From Acidobacteriota bacterium (GTDB taxonomy: Bacteria > Acidobacteriota > Aminicenantia > UBA2199), in NCBI GenBank assembly GCA_039714255.1, contig JBDLJQ010000009.1:3000-66999 (forward strand): a stretch of 64,000 bases of DNA, in the 5' to 3' direction. The position numbers and the translations under genes were made by a program. Positions 40,101 to 48,253 of this stretch are shown here, piece after piece. The notes beneath the pieces are model-generated. The model saw only the letters and a program-made list of their open reading frames with translations, ran no database searches and had not been told where the DNA came from. Position 1 is the first letter of the stretch. Every line of letters begins with the position of its first letter.

Positions 40101-40545
40101 AACCCATCTGGTCATTATATTTGTCCATCATGGTGGTGTTTAATTTAAAAACAGATCCATCTTTTCCCTGAAATTTCCTGGTCCCCGGACCACCGGTTTT
40201 AGCATTGCTGAAAGAGAACCACTGTTTGCCGTTTACACTCAGTTGAAATGTTGCCGGATTTGAACTTACATCCATTGCAAAAAGCCATATATAGGTCACA
40301 TATTTTTTGTTATAGTTCTTTGGAATGGCTTCTGCTCTCCAGATAATGGGAGTGAAATCCTGCCTCCCCCTCAAAAGCAGTGAAGTGTTTACTTTGGGAA
40401 TAGGGGAATGGTAACCAAACCGTTTCCCTTTAACTTCTTCAACATATCCCTGAAAATATGTCTGCCTGTTATTTTGGCCCGGAGTAATGTTAACCAACAT
40501 AAACACCAGAACAATAAATATTAGTAGTTTCATATGCACAACCAT
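37129..40545 (-). CDS. Large glycoside hydrolase (1138 aa), GH38-like (α-mannosidase family) catalytic core with an N-terminal extra domain of about 280 aa
   Basis: LVQHTHTDIGYT...RFRWTCETAWSV matches the GH38 HxHxD...W N-domain pattern. Signal peptide present. The family call is from memory of motifs only. Confidence 0.5.
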   Translation of the reverse strand: MVVHMKLLIFIVLVFMLVNITPGQNNRQTYFQGYVEEVKGKRFGYHSPIPKVNTSLLLRGRQDFTPIIWRAEAIPKNYNKKYVTYIWLFAMDVSSNPATFQLSVNGKQWFSFSNAKTGGPGTRKFQGKDGSVFKLNTTMMDKYNDQMGFAILKLPVNAIKQGEPALLKLSTKTSGNDAWFMTFKTGIEEKTDIYQNKVVVKKGGKLFHSVSVDFVHVGDNARADITIGKIKRNTLLKAGFNKLEICLPKVDKEVSFTSKIEIEGKKPVKKVFSLAPIREWEIFLVQHTHTDIGYTRPQTEILPEHLRYIDHALDFCDQTDDYPDDAKFRWTCETAWSVREYLKSRPQKQIDRLLKRIKEGRIEVTGMFLNFSEIIDESALAAQTRTLRMLKNRGIDVTLAMQNDVNGIAWCMVDYYNNTDVKYLTMGIHAHRARKPFNKPTAFWWLSPAGNRLLAYRSEHYQHGNALGVTSGQQDVLRNNLSVYLDGLEEKGYPYNKVSLQFSGYVTDNSPPSTEVCDIIKEWNKKYEWPKLKSALAKDFMIFLDQKHGDEIPKQKVAWPDWWTDGAGSAANETKIVRKAHVDIAAITAILSMGKILGVKLPDNIQNEIEKVYDNLLFYDEHTFGAAESVRDPLAQNTINQWGMKSSYAWEAAKKSSALEEKALSLIEPALGRSGLPVFAVFNTLNWKRSGMLRLFIKNDIVREGEDFTITDAEGREVPYQRYEQRMEGAYFGLWVEDVPPMGYKTLQVNAGKKSGTNPQGDNRFLENRFYKLIIDGKKGVVTGIFDKELKKELTDPENTLTLGQVIYEELENRHEMERLTSSTRDIVYKPLSLTRKVLNNIKVTKKKNGAIYNSIFLNGALPECADERGVNIEIRLYHYQKKIELLYQMIKLNVSTPEGVYIAFPFNLSGGKLAFEAQGGVVYPGINQLEGSASDWNTIQNFAAVKNDKSQIVFVSNEIPLVQFGDINTGRYYYKLKPKTNHIYSWVLNNYWVTNFKASQEGELRWAYSITSSSDNSDMFATKFGWGNRVPFKSRIILPAKGTKNTGLVSRSLINIDVPNLLLVNTTPSIDKKGIILHLREVEGGHAALDINRLLEETGAVSAQEVNVLEEELSLLTSPLQIEHYETKFIKLNFNNK

Positions 40546-40561
40546 CTTTTTATTATATTGA

Positions 40562-42652
40562 TTAATGCTTCTGTATACCAGCCCGGACTTTTTTTAATAT
40601 GAACTCATCAGAATAGGTTTTCCCTTTATGAACAGCTTTTATTTCAATTTTATTTTCACCTTTTTGTAAGCTAATACCCTTAAGTACATATTTCACGGAA
40701 TAGATCCCTTTATTCATTTTCCCTATGCTTTTTTCGTTGATGAAAACTTCAGGTGATCCAAAATTGCAATAGGCCTTAACTGTATATGTTTCTTTATCTG
40801 AAGAATTATTTCTCCTTCCTGCCAGATGCAGAACAGGCTCCTCCGACCAGTTTGCCTTGTACCAGAAAAACGCATCTTTTCTGGTTTCCCTGTCATAAGT
40901 TACCAGCCCCTTATGGTTTCTCCCCTTAATCCCGCCCCTGTTCCATTCGGGTACTGAAAAATCAAACATATTCCAGACATAGGAAGCCCATATAAAGGGA
41001 GAGCTCTCTATAGCTGACCATGTAGCCTCATGGTAGCGGGAATGGTACCCCTCCGGGAAAAACTGGCTCATAGGGTGGGGCGGGACGGAGATATCATTGG
41101 ATTGATGTGCGATATTCCCGCCTGCACCGTATTCCGATACGGAAAACCTTATATCCGGCTTTGCTGAATGGTAATTTCTTATCCAGTTTTGCAACTCCTC
41201 CGGCTTCCCCCCATACCATCCCGTATATTGATTATAACCCTGAAGGTCGGCTATTTCATGGACAGGAAGATCAAAGTTCCACCAACGGTTACTCACAGCT
41301 ACTGTATACCTTGAGGGATCAAGGGTTTTTGCCAGGTTATGTAGCTTTCTGGTCAGGTTAACCGGACGGGTAATAATTTTTCCTTTGAAAACCTCATTAT
41401 GTAGCCCCCAGACAAAGATAGATGGGTGATTGAAATTTTGTTTTATTAATTCGCTTAGCTGCTGCATGGCATTACCATCTGCACTGGATTTATAACCGTT
41501 TACAAAGGGTATTTCAGCCCAGACCAGAATGCCCATAGAATCAGCGAGGGAATACATATAGTCAGCCTGCTGATAATGTGCCAGTCGGATCGACGTTGCT
41601 CCGATCTCATTGATCATGTCCATATCCTTTTTATGGTGCTCTGGCAGTAATGCATTCCCAAGGTCCTCCCACTCCTGATGCCTGCACACTCCGTAGAGCC
41701 TGTATGGTTCACCGTTAAGTATAAAACCTTTCTCTGTATCAATTGAGTAGGAGCGTATCCCTATTTTCTGGATTATTTTATCAATGACTCTGCCGTTAAA
41801 CAGAAGCGTTGTTTCCAGATTGTACAGATAGGGGGATCTTTTCCCATTCCACAACCGGGGTTTTTTAACATGGAGGTAAGATGAAACGGGGGTCGTGCCC
41901 CCGGGGTAGAGAATCTTTTCTTCAATTCCATTGGAAACCACTTTAAAATTTTTCGTTAACAATCTGTTTCTGATGGTGATCTGTTTTTTTAATGATGTTT
42001 CATTTTTTAACATGGTCACAATTCTTAAAGCAGCTCTCTTTTTACTCACTTTTTCCTGGTGAACATAAACACCGGAAGAAGCAAAATCGGTCAGGCATAT
42101 GTGAAGTTCGTTTGTTGCTATTAAAGAAACAGTTCTGTAAATCCCCCCGTAAATTCCAAAGAGCCAGCTGTCTTTCGGGTAGGAATCGTTAAGCTCATTA
42201 TTTACTTTAACCAGTATACTGTTTTCACTACCCTTTTTATTCAGGAAACGTGTAATATTAAAAACAAATGCAGAATAACTGCCCAGATGCCGTCCAACAT
42301 ATTGATTGTTGACATAAACCTCGGCATATTGCCCTACGCCGTTGAACCGGAGAAAATATTGTCTACCTGGCTCTCTATTTTCAACTTTCAGCTCTCTCCT
42401 ATACCATCCCGTTCCGTATTTCACCTTCTTTCCCGACTGAATATCTTTATTGTTCCACGTGTGAGGTATCTGTACATCTTTCCAGTCATTTTCTTTCAAA
42501 TTTATATAATCAATCTCGCTGTCCGGTAATACAAACTGCCATCCATCATTCAATTGTTTAACTTGCCTATTATGAATATTGCCATAAAATACTGACCCCA
42601 GAGAAAGTATCATTATTAACAAGATCTCTATCTTAATTTTTCCCCGTTTCAT
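40562..42652 (-). CDS. Glycoside hydrolase family 2 (β-galactosidase/β-glucuronidase-like)
   Basis: Sugar-binding-domain motif (VYVNNQYVGRHLGSYSAFVFNIT) followed by a TIM-barrel with NEV/WGLHNE acid/base region. 696 aa, with signal peptide. Confidence 0.7.
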   Translation of the reverse strand: MKRGKIKIEILLIMILSLGSVFYGNIHNRQVKQLNDGWQFVLPDSEIDYINLKENDWKDVQIPHTWNNKDIQSGKKVKYGTGWYRRELKVENREPGRQYFLRFNGVGQYAEVYVNNQYVGRHLGSYSAFVFNITRFLNKKGSENSILVKVNNELNDSYPKDSWLFGIYGGIYRTVSLIATNELHICLTDFASSGVYVHQEKVSKKRAALRIVTMLKNETSLKKQITIRNRLLTKNFKVVSNGIEEKILYPGGTTPVSSYLHVKKPRLWNGKRSPYLYNLETTLLFNGRVIDKIIQKIGIRSYSIDTEKGFILNGEPYRLYGVCRHQEWEDLGNALLPEHHKKDMDMINEIGATSIRLAHYQQADYMYSLADSMGILVWAEIPFVNGYKSSADGNAMQQLSELIKQNFNHPSIFVWGLHNEVFKGKIITRPVNLTRKLHNLAKTLDPSRYTVAVSNRWWNFDLPVHEIADLQGYNQYTGWYGGKPEELQNWIRNYHSAKPDIRFSVSEYGAGGNIAHQSNDISVPPHPMSQFFPEGYHSRYHEATWSAIESSPFIWASYVWNMFDFSVPEWNRGGIKGRNHKGLVTYDRETRKDAFFWYKANWSEEPVLHLAGRRNNSSDKETYTVKAYCNFGSPEVFINEKSIGKMNKGIYSVKYVLKGISLQKGENKIEIKAVHKGKTYSDEFILKKVRAGIQKH

Positions 42653-42690
42653 TATTATCCTCCTTTTTAGATATAAATATAAAACTCATG

Positions 42691-43929
42691 CTAATTATTT
42701 TTGTGATCTTTTGACTTCAGGGGTATTTGAACGTTAAACGATGCTCCGTCTTTTCTTGTATTCACATCCACAAGAGCACAGGCACAGTATAGAACCTCAG
42801 GTGTTCCGTCTTTTGCAATTAAAAGTTGTGGGCGTTCCAGCCGGTGAACTTTAATTATATCGCCTGTATTTAGAATAAGTTGTTTTTTCATAAAAAATGA
42901 ATTCTCAGGCCTTGTCCATTTAATACCATCAATAGATTCCAGGATTGCCAGCCCCGGTTTACCTTTCGTAATTTTGCCCCTGAAATCTTTCAGAACCACA
43001 TAAAACTTCTTATGTAAAGCATGATACCATACATAGGGATCTTCACCATTGGCAATTTTATTTTCTTCGATCCTTATATCGAATACAAAATGATCTGTTG
43101 CCCTGAACGGCCCTGTTGGTGATCCAGAAATTGCAACACCATGTACTCCCCGCCAATTTGGATCATAAAAATTTCCTTTAAAATAGAGAAGATATTTACC
43201 ATCTGATGGACGTCGGACAACTGAAGGATTCACTACAACTATATTATCGGGTTTTGGTTTTGTCCCCCGGGGAGAAGGTTCAACAATATTTCCCGGTTTT
43301 ACCCGTGTCCTGGGTGATAAGATCGGAGAACTTGGCCTTATAAAATTACCGGACATTAAATCTTCAAAGTTGTTGAACTCAATTACTCCAATTTTTTGAT
43401 ATTGCTGAACTCTGTTTCGTTTATCAACCCTTTCCCCTTTTGATCCCGCAGGTTGGGTTCCCGGATCAACTGAACCAATATAGTACAAATAATATTTGCC
43501 ATTGAATCTCTTCAAATGAGGATTACTCACCATTTGAGCATCCCATGCTTTAAAGTCACCATCAAGAGCCTTGCCTGTTAAAACAATTTTCTGAAATTTA
43601 AAATCTCTGTCGGGAAGATCTGAAACAGCATAGGCAATCTTGGAGTACAGAACCCATGAATTCCTGAATTCAGGGATAGAATCACCGCATTCCCAGGTAT
43701 TATACAGCATGTGATATTTTCCATCCTCTCCTTTTAATACACTACCTCCCCAGACAAATCTGGCAGGATCATTCAAAACAGATGGCCCGGTCAAAATGTT
43801 TCCAAAAATTTTTGCATCTATCTCTCCCGCTGAAACATCCAACACCTGTTTAGTATTAACAATTTTTTCGGTGTGTTGTCCGCAACCGGGAAAGGTGATA
43901 ATTACTAATAAAAATATTAATCTTTTCAT
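42691..43929 (-). CDS. Lipoprotein with a predicted β-propeller glycoside-hydrolase-like fold (GH43/GH117/GH32-like); family uncertain
   Basis: Lipobox (ITFPGC). Repeated W/Y...G.W blades. It resembles the C-terminal domain of the 808-aa GH29-like protein at 53468..55894. Confidence 0.35.
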   Translation of the reverse strand: MKRLIFLLVIITFPGCGQHTEKIVNTKQVLDVSAGEIDAKIFGNILTGPSVLNDPARFVWGGSVLKGEDGKYHMLYNTWECGDSIPEFRNSWVLYSKIAYAVSDLPDRDFKFQKIVLTGKALDGDFKAWDAQMVSNPHLKRFNGKYYLYYIGSVDPGTQPAGSKGERVDKRNRVQQYQKIGVIEFNNFEDLMSGNFIRPSSPILSPRTRVKPGNIVEPSPRGTKPKPDNIVVVNPSVVRRPSDGKYLLYFKGNFYDPNWRGVHGVAISGSPTGPFRATDHFVFDIRIEENKIANGEDPYVWYHALHKKFYVVLKDFRGKITKGKPGLAILESIDGIKWTRPENSFFMKKQLILNTGDIIKVHRLERPQLLIAKDGTPEVLYCACALVDVNTRKDGASFNVQIPLKSKDHKNN

Positions 43930-43956
43930 TTCAATTTTTGATTTTTCCTGTAAAAA

Positions 43957-46233
43957 CTATTCAACGATCAACTCATCAACAAATATCCACGAAGGGTTTC
44001 CAAACCCCCTGTGCCATTCCGGACATTTTTTTAATGAAATTGCTTTGATTCGCAAATATTGAACGCTAACAGGATCAATATTTACATTAAATGGAACAGA
44101 TTTAACCAGATAATTTTTATCTTTAATGTCACCCTTCAAACTTCCCGCTTTCTTATAATTTACTCCATCTTCAGACACTTCAACAACCACTTCCACAGGC
44201 AGAAAGACCCAGGAATTTACCGCTTTTAAAAAATTCATACTAACCTGACTGATGGTCTCTGCTTTATGCAGATCAATTTCAACGATCATATCGTTGCCCT
44301 CATACCCCAGCCAGTTATTGTGAAAGTCAAGGTCACCAAACAAACCATCTGTCAATGCTTTTTCTCCACCAACAGGATATTTATCACTCCATTTTGTGAG
44401 AGACCTCAAATTTTTTTTCTTTACAATATTATTCCTGATCATCCTTTTCAGTTTGTCAAGTACATATTTCCTGTAATCTTCTGTTAAAAAATTTCTTGCA
44501 TTTATTCGTGTTACACCCGTTTGTCCGGATATTTCAACAAACCGGTCGAGATATTCCAGCATATCTGTACGAATAGAAACATTATCTCCTTTTTTATCTA
44601 ACCAGGAAATTTCATCAGAATTTTTATTAAGTGCCGTATCAAGGTAGGCAAAATCTACGGGCAAACGGGCCCTTAAAACTCTTTTCAAATATTTCGGATC
44701 CTTCTTTACCGATCTTTCAGCCTTGTCCATAAGTTCTTTATATTTTTTCAATAAGGCCGGTGTCAGAAAGGAGTCTGAATAATCTGAGGGAAATCCGTAA
44801 ATATTTAAAAATTCCTCTTCTCTGTTTTCATCCAATGCTTTGTGGGAGATATCATAATAGGATCTTATGTAAGATCTTGCAGGGCCGTAATATTTATCCA
44901 TAAAATCATTTACCATTTCATCAACATCTGCATCGGGATTCCACAATAATTTTGAGATCAAATATTGTTTTAATTCCCCCAGGTCCGACCAATTCCGGTT
45001 ACTTCCCTGTTGGAACATCATAGTCACATTGTTTTTTTTGAAAAATTGAATGTTGGGCTGCAGCACATTAAAATTGGGAAATGGTGTCAAATAATTTTTA
45101 AATTGAACTACATAATCCCAGATAAAAATATTATTTGTAAGATCACTCCAGTCCTTCATATCCTTAACAAAATCCCCGCTTCTTATATCATCAGCAAGGG
45201 GCATGCTGCGGTTACATTCAATAGAACAGAGCATGATATTTACATTTTTTAAGGGAATAATATTTTTGGGTGCAGACCTTGTGAACTGGTAAGCAAGTGT
45301 TGATATCTGTTTATCGGGAAATTCTTTTGCTATTTCGTTTGCCATAAAAACATAAACACCTGAAACACCACCAAGATTTTCATACATTTTTTTACAATTA
45401 TCACATTCACAATAGTTGATACAATCGTTCTGGGAAACAGACCAGTATTTTTTGTCACGATTTTTTTTTATCTCTTTTCCCAGGTTTTCCTTCAGGGTAT
45501 TTATTACAGCCGGGTTGCTTAAACACAATTGAGCATCACGTAAACGAACACTTCCGATAAGTGAAAAATATTCAGGATGTTTTTCAAAATACTTTTCAGG
45601 GGGAATTAATTTATTAAAAGTATGAACGAAACTTCCCCACTCATCCAGTGTCTCTATCTTATGCCAGAATCGGTATTTTTCATCAGATAACCCGGGAAAA
45701 AGTATTCTGCGGAAAGAAAATGCCGGTTCATATATCCTGTTAATCTCCGGAATTTTTACAGTCCTGTTATCAGGTATATATTCTTCATCAGAAGCAAGCA
45801 GTCTGCATCCCAGGAACTCTTCAATGAAGGTATAGGCTGCATATATGTTGGATTTGCCATTGTTCCCGCAGATCATAATATTTTTATCAATCGTTCTGAT
45901 GATAAAACCATCTTCATCCAAAGTGGCCAGATCTTTATGTATCCGGGGATCTATAATTAATTCTTTTCCTGCAAATATAGACTTTTTACCTTCAATCACC
46001 CTGTTTTCAATTTTCAGTTTTACGCAAGTCATCCTGTGAATATAATTCCGGAGTTCCCCCACTGCAAGCTTTGTTAATTTATCTGCTTTATCCGATACAA
46101 CAATTGTATAATCCGATCTCAGATCATCTGTCAGAACTATCTGTTCTTTTTGCCCTGAGCAAGCAGCAAATACAACCACAACAGCAAACAGGATCTGTAT
46201 ATATCTCACGTTTCTATTCCACAATAATTTCAT
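43957..46233 (-). CDS. Lipoprotein of about 758 aa, function unknown (possibly DUF4838-like glycan-processing protein), with a C-terminal discoidin (F5/8 type C) domain
   Basis: The start was moved to the internal ATG (MKLLWNRNVRYIQILFAVVVVFAAC), which gives a lipobox. A Cys-rich block (CINYCECDNCKK) is present. The last 110 aa or so are homologous to the C-termini of the sulfatases at 46214 and 56084, ending ...CPEWHRGFGNPSWIFVDELIVE. Confidence 0.45.
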   Translation of the reverse strand: MKLLWNRNVRYIQILFAVVVVFAACSGQKEQIVLTDDLRSDYTIVVSDKADKLTKLAVGELRNYIHRMTCVKLKIENRVIEGKKSIFAGKELIIDPRIHKDLATLDEDGFIIRTIDKNIMICGNNGKSNIYAAYTFIEEFLGCRLLASDEEYIPDNRTVKIPEINRIYEPAFSFRRILFPGLSDEKYRFWHKIETLDEWGSFVHTFNKLIPPEKYFEKHPEYFSLIGSVRLRDAQLCLSNPAVINTLKENLGKEIKKNRDKKYWSVSQNDCINYCECDNCKKMYENLGGVSGVYVFMANEIAKEFPDKQISTLAYQFTRSAPKNIIPLKNVNIMLCSIECNRSMPLADDIRSGDFVKDMKDWSDLTNNIFIWDYVVQFKNYLTPFPNFNVLQPNIQFFKKNNVTMMFQQGSNRNWSDLGELKQYLISKLLWNPDADVDEMVNDFMDKYYGPARSYIRSYYDISHKALDENREEEFLNIYGFPSDYSDSFLTPALLKKYKELMDKAERSVKKDPKYLKRVLRARLPVDFAYLDTALNKNSDEISWLDKKGDNVSIRTDMLEYLDRFVEISGQTGVTRINARNFLTEDYRKYVLDKLKRMIRNNIVKKKNLRSLTKWSDKYPVGGEKALTDGLFGDLDFHNNWLGYEGNDMIVEIDLHKAETISQVSMNFLKAVNSWVFLPVEVVVEVSEDGVNYKKAGSLKGDIKDKNYLVKSVPFNVNIDPVSVQYLRIKAISLKKCPEWHRGFGNPSWIFVDELIVE

Positions 46234-48172
46234 CCACAAACAACCAGGCTTTTCCGCCTGCTCCCGGATGCCATTTGGGACAAATTCCGGTATTAACAGC
46301 TTTGATACGGATAAATCGGACAAATCGGGCTGGGATTTCTGCAATATAATCTATTATCTCCGGTTTCGGCCGGATCTTAACTAATTCTTCAAAAGATTTA
46401 ATTTGTTTAAAATTAATCCCGTCGTCTGAAATAGCTATTTCCAGTTTTTTCGGCAGAAATATCCAGGATGATTGACTATTTAGAAAACTGCAGTTGATCT
46501 TTTTTACACTTTTCTGTTCTCCCAGATCGATCACTGCATCCAGGTCTACTTTTTCAAAACCCTGCCATTGTCCGTCCAGATGATCAATGGTACCGCGGAT
46601 ACCGTTGATCAGGGCGTTTTTACTTCCGCCTGTGTAGAGCGGACTATATGAATTTTTTAAAGTGATCTTTGTGCCGATGGCCAGATGTTTTACTTCTTTC
46701 CTGCTCTCAGATCCAATTCGGCCCGGCTTTCGGACACCTGTTCCCACAGTATGGGTAAGCCTGTCTCCCAATTCGATCCGTGCTCTATCTGCAAGCATTT
46801 CCAGTTGTTGCACAACATCAGGATGCAAATCAATTACATTATACTTTTCACCTATATCATTTTCCAGATCATATAATTCCTTTTTAACTTTGAGAATTGT
46901 TGTGGGGCCGGGGAGGCCATTCTTACCCGGTTCCACTCCGGCAAATGATTGAGTTATGTGAGGAAAATAAAGTTTCCACCTGCCCTGTCTTACAGCCCGC
47001 AACCCCCCTCCATAATAATAGAAATAGTGATCACGGGGATCGGCTTCAGGTTCAGATTTTATCAGGGGTAAAATATTAATTCCGTCAATTACTCTTTCAG
47101 GTAATTCAGCACCGGAAATTGCTGCCAGTGTTGGGAGAATATCGATGGATGCAGCAATTTTATTACATTCCGAACCGGCTTTAATTTTTCCCGGCCACCG
47201 CATGATACAGGGAACCCTGGCTCCTCCTTCCCACATGGTCCCTTTTCCTTCACGCAGAGGCAATGCAGATCCGCCATGATCTCCAAAGTTCAGCGCCGGG
47301 CCGTTATCACTTGTAAATATTACCAGTGTATTATCATCTAACTCATTTTCTTTTAATGATTTTAAAATTTCACCCACCGACCAGTCGATCTCCATGATTA
47401 CATCACCGTACATTCCCTGCTTACTTTTTCCTTTAAATTTATCAGATACCCCCAGAGGCACATGAGGCATGGAGTGGGGAACATATAGAAAAAATGGCCG
47501 TTTTTTATTTTTCCTGATGAATTGAACTGAACGCTCGGTATACATTGTAGTTAAGGTACCCTGGTCATTTATGGTATTGATCCGGCCAACCTCTTCCTCG
47601 CTCTCAATTAATGGTAATGGCGGATAAAAACTTTTACTTCCTGAGGTTAGCGGTTCGCCAACATAGCTCACAGGCCACATATCGTTGGAATAGGGTAAAC
47701 CAAAATATTCGTCAAACCCCTGTTTACCAGGAAGAAATTCCTTGTGATGGCCCAGATGCCATTTTCCAAAAATTCCCGTTGCATACCCGCTGGTTTTTAA
47801 AATATCCGCAATGGTTTCTTCACCGGGATCCAGCCCGTGATTCGACCAGGGCATCAAAGCTCCCTGGATACCAACCCTCTCGGAATAACAACCTGTTAGC
47901 AATGAAGCCCTTGATGCGCTGCAAACCGCCTGGGAAACATAAAAGTTTGTAAAGCGCATTCCCTCTGCTGCCATCCGGTCCAGGTTGGGTGTTTCAAACC
48001 CCAAAGCGCCATAACAACCCACATCTGCATAACCCATATCATCAATAAAAATAACAACTATATTGGGCTTACGTTTTTTAAAAATGTTACAATTGACAAA
48101 ACCCAGGCCGCCGGATAAAGTGATTGCAGAGGCCCCCATTGATTTTACAAATTTCCTACGTGTTATTTTCAT
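46214..48172 (-). CDS. S1 sulfatase (Cys-type) with Tat signal and a C-terminal F5/8 type C (discoidin) domain
   Basis: MKITRRKFVKS twin-arginine motif. CSASRASLLTG (C-x-A-x-R). Metal-binding DDMGY. ELYDLENDIGE C-subdomain. Discoidin tail ending GICPKWHPGAGGKAWLFVDEIIVE. Confidence 0.8.
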   Translation of the reverse strand: MKITRRKFVKSMGASAITLSGGLGFVNCNIFKKRKPNIVVIFIDDMGYADVGCYGALGFETPNLDRMAAEGMRFTNFYVSQAVCSASRASLLTGCYSERVGIQGALMPWSNHGLDPGEETIADILKTSGYATGIFGKWHLGHHKEFLPGKQGFDEYFGLPYSNDMWPVSYVGEPLTSGSKSFYPPLPLIESEEEVGRINTINDQGTLTTMYTERSVQFIRKNKKRPFFLYVPHSMPHVPLGVSDKFKGKSKQGMYGDVIMEIDWSVGEILKSLKENELDDNTLVIFTSDNGPALNFGDHGGSALPLREGKGTMWEGGARVPCIMRWPGKIKAGSECNKIAASIDILPTLAAISGAELPERVIDGINILPLIKSEPEADPRDHYFYYYGGGLRAVRQGRWKLYFPHITQSFAGVEPGKNGLPGPTTILKVKKELYDLENDIGEKYNVIDLHPDVVQQLEMLADRARIELGDRLTHTVGTGVRKPGRIGSESRKEVKHLAIGTKITLKNSYSPLYTGGSKNALINGIRGTIDHLDGQWQGFEKVDLDAVIDLGEQKSVKKINCSFLNSQSSWIFLPKKLEIAISDDGINFKQIKSFEELVKIRPKPEIIDYIAEIPARFVRFIRIKAVNTGICPKWHPGAGGKAWLFVDEIIVE

Positions 48173-48202
48173 AATAATTCCTTTTATTTAACAATTGTCT
48201 CA

Positions 48203-48227
48203 TCCGCAAAAATCCGGATTTTATGCG
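48203..48227 (-). other. Imperfect inverted repeat (CCGCAAAAATCC / GGATTTTATGCGG) inside the 81-nt gap between two sulfatase genes, directly upstream of the RBS of the downstream gene
   Basis: Read directly. It is a possible intra-operon attenuator or RNA-processing hairpin. Confidence 0.3.
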
Positions 48228-48253
48228 GCCCGTTTATAACAGCAACAACAGCT

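Noticed and set aside
43957-46344. Apparent 130-nt overlap between the 795-aa ORF and the sulfatase gene ending at 46214
   Set aside because: An internal ATG at 46233 gives a proper lipoprotein signal (MKLLWNRNV...VVVFAAC) and removes the overlap. The upstream 37 codons are read-through of the sulfatase 3' region in another frame.
46214-46540. The shared C-terminal tail as a T9SS (Por) C-terminal sorting domain
   Set aside because: The region aligns better with a discoidin/F5/8-type C fold (YTGG...DGQW...VDL...SW.FLP..(I/V)S.DG.N(F/Y)K...R(F/Y)(V/L)(R/K)I). No other T9SS components are seen, and the phylum is unlikely to be Bacteroidota (no SusC/D).
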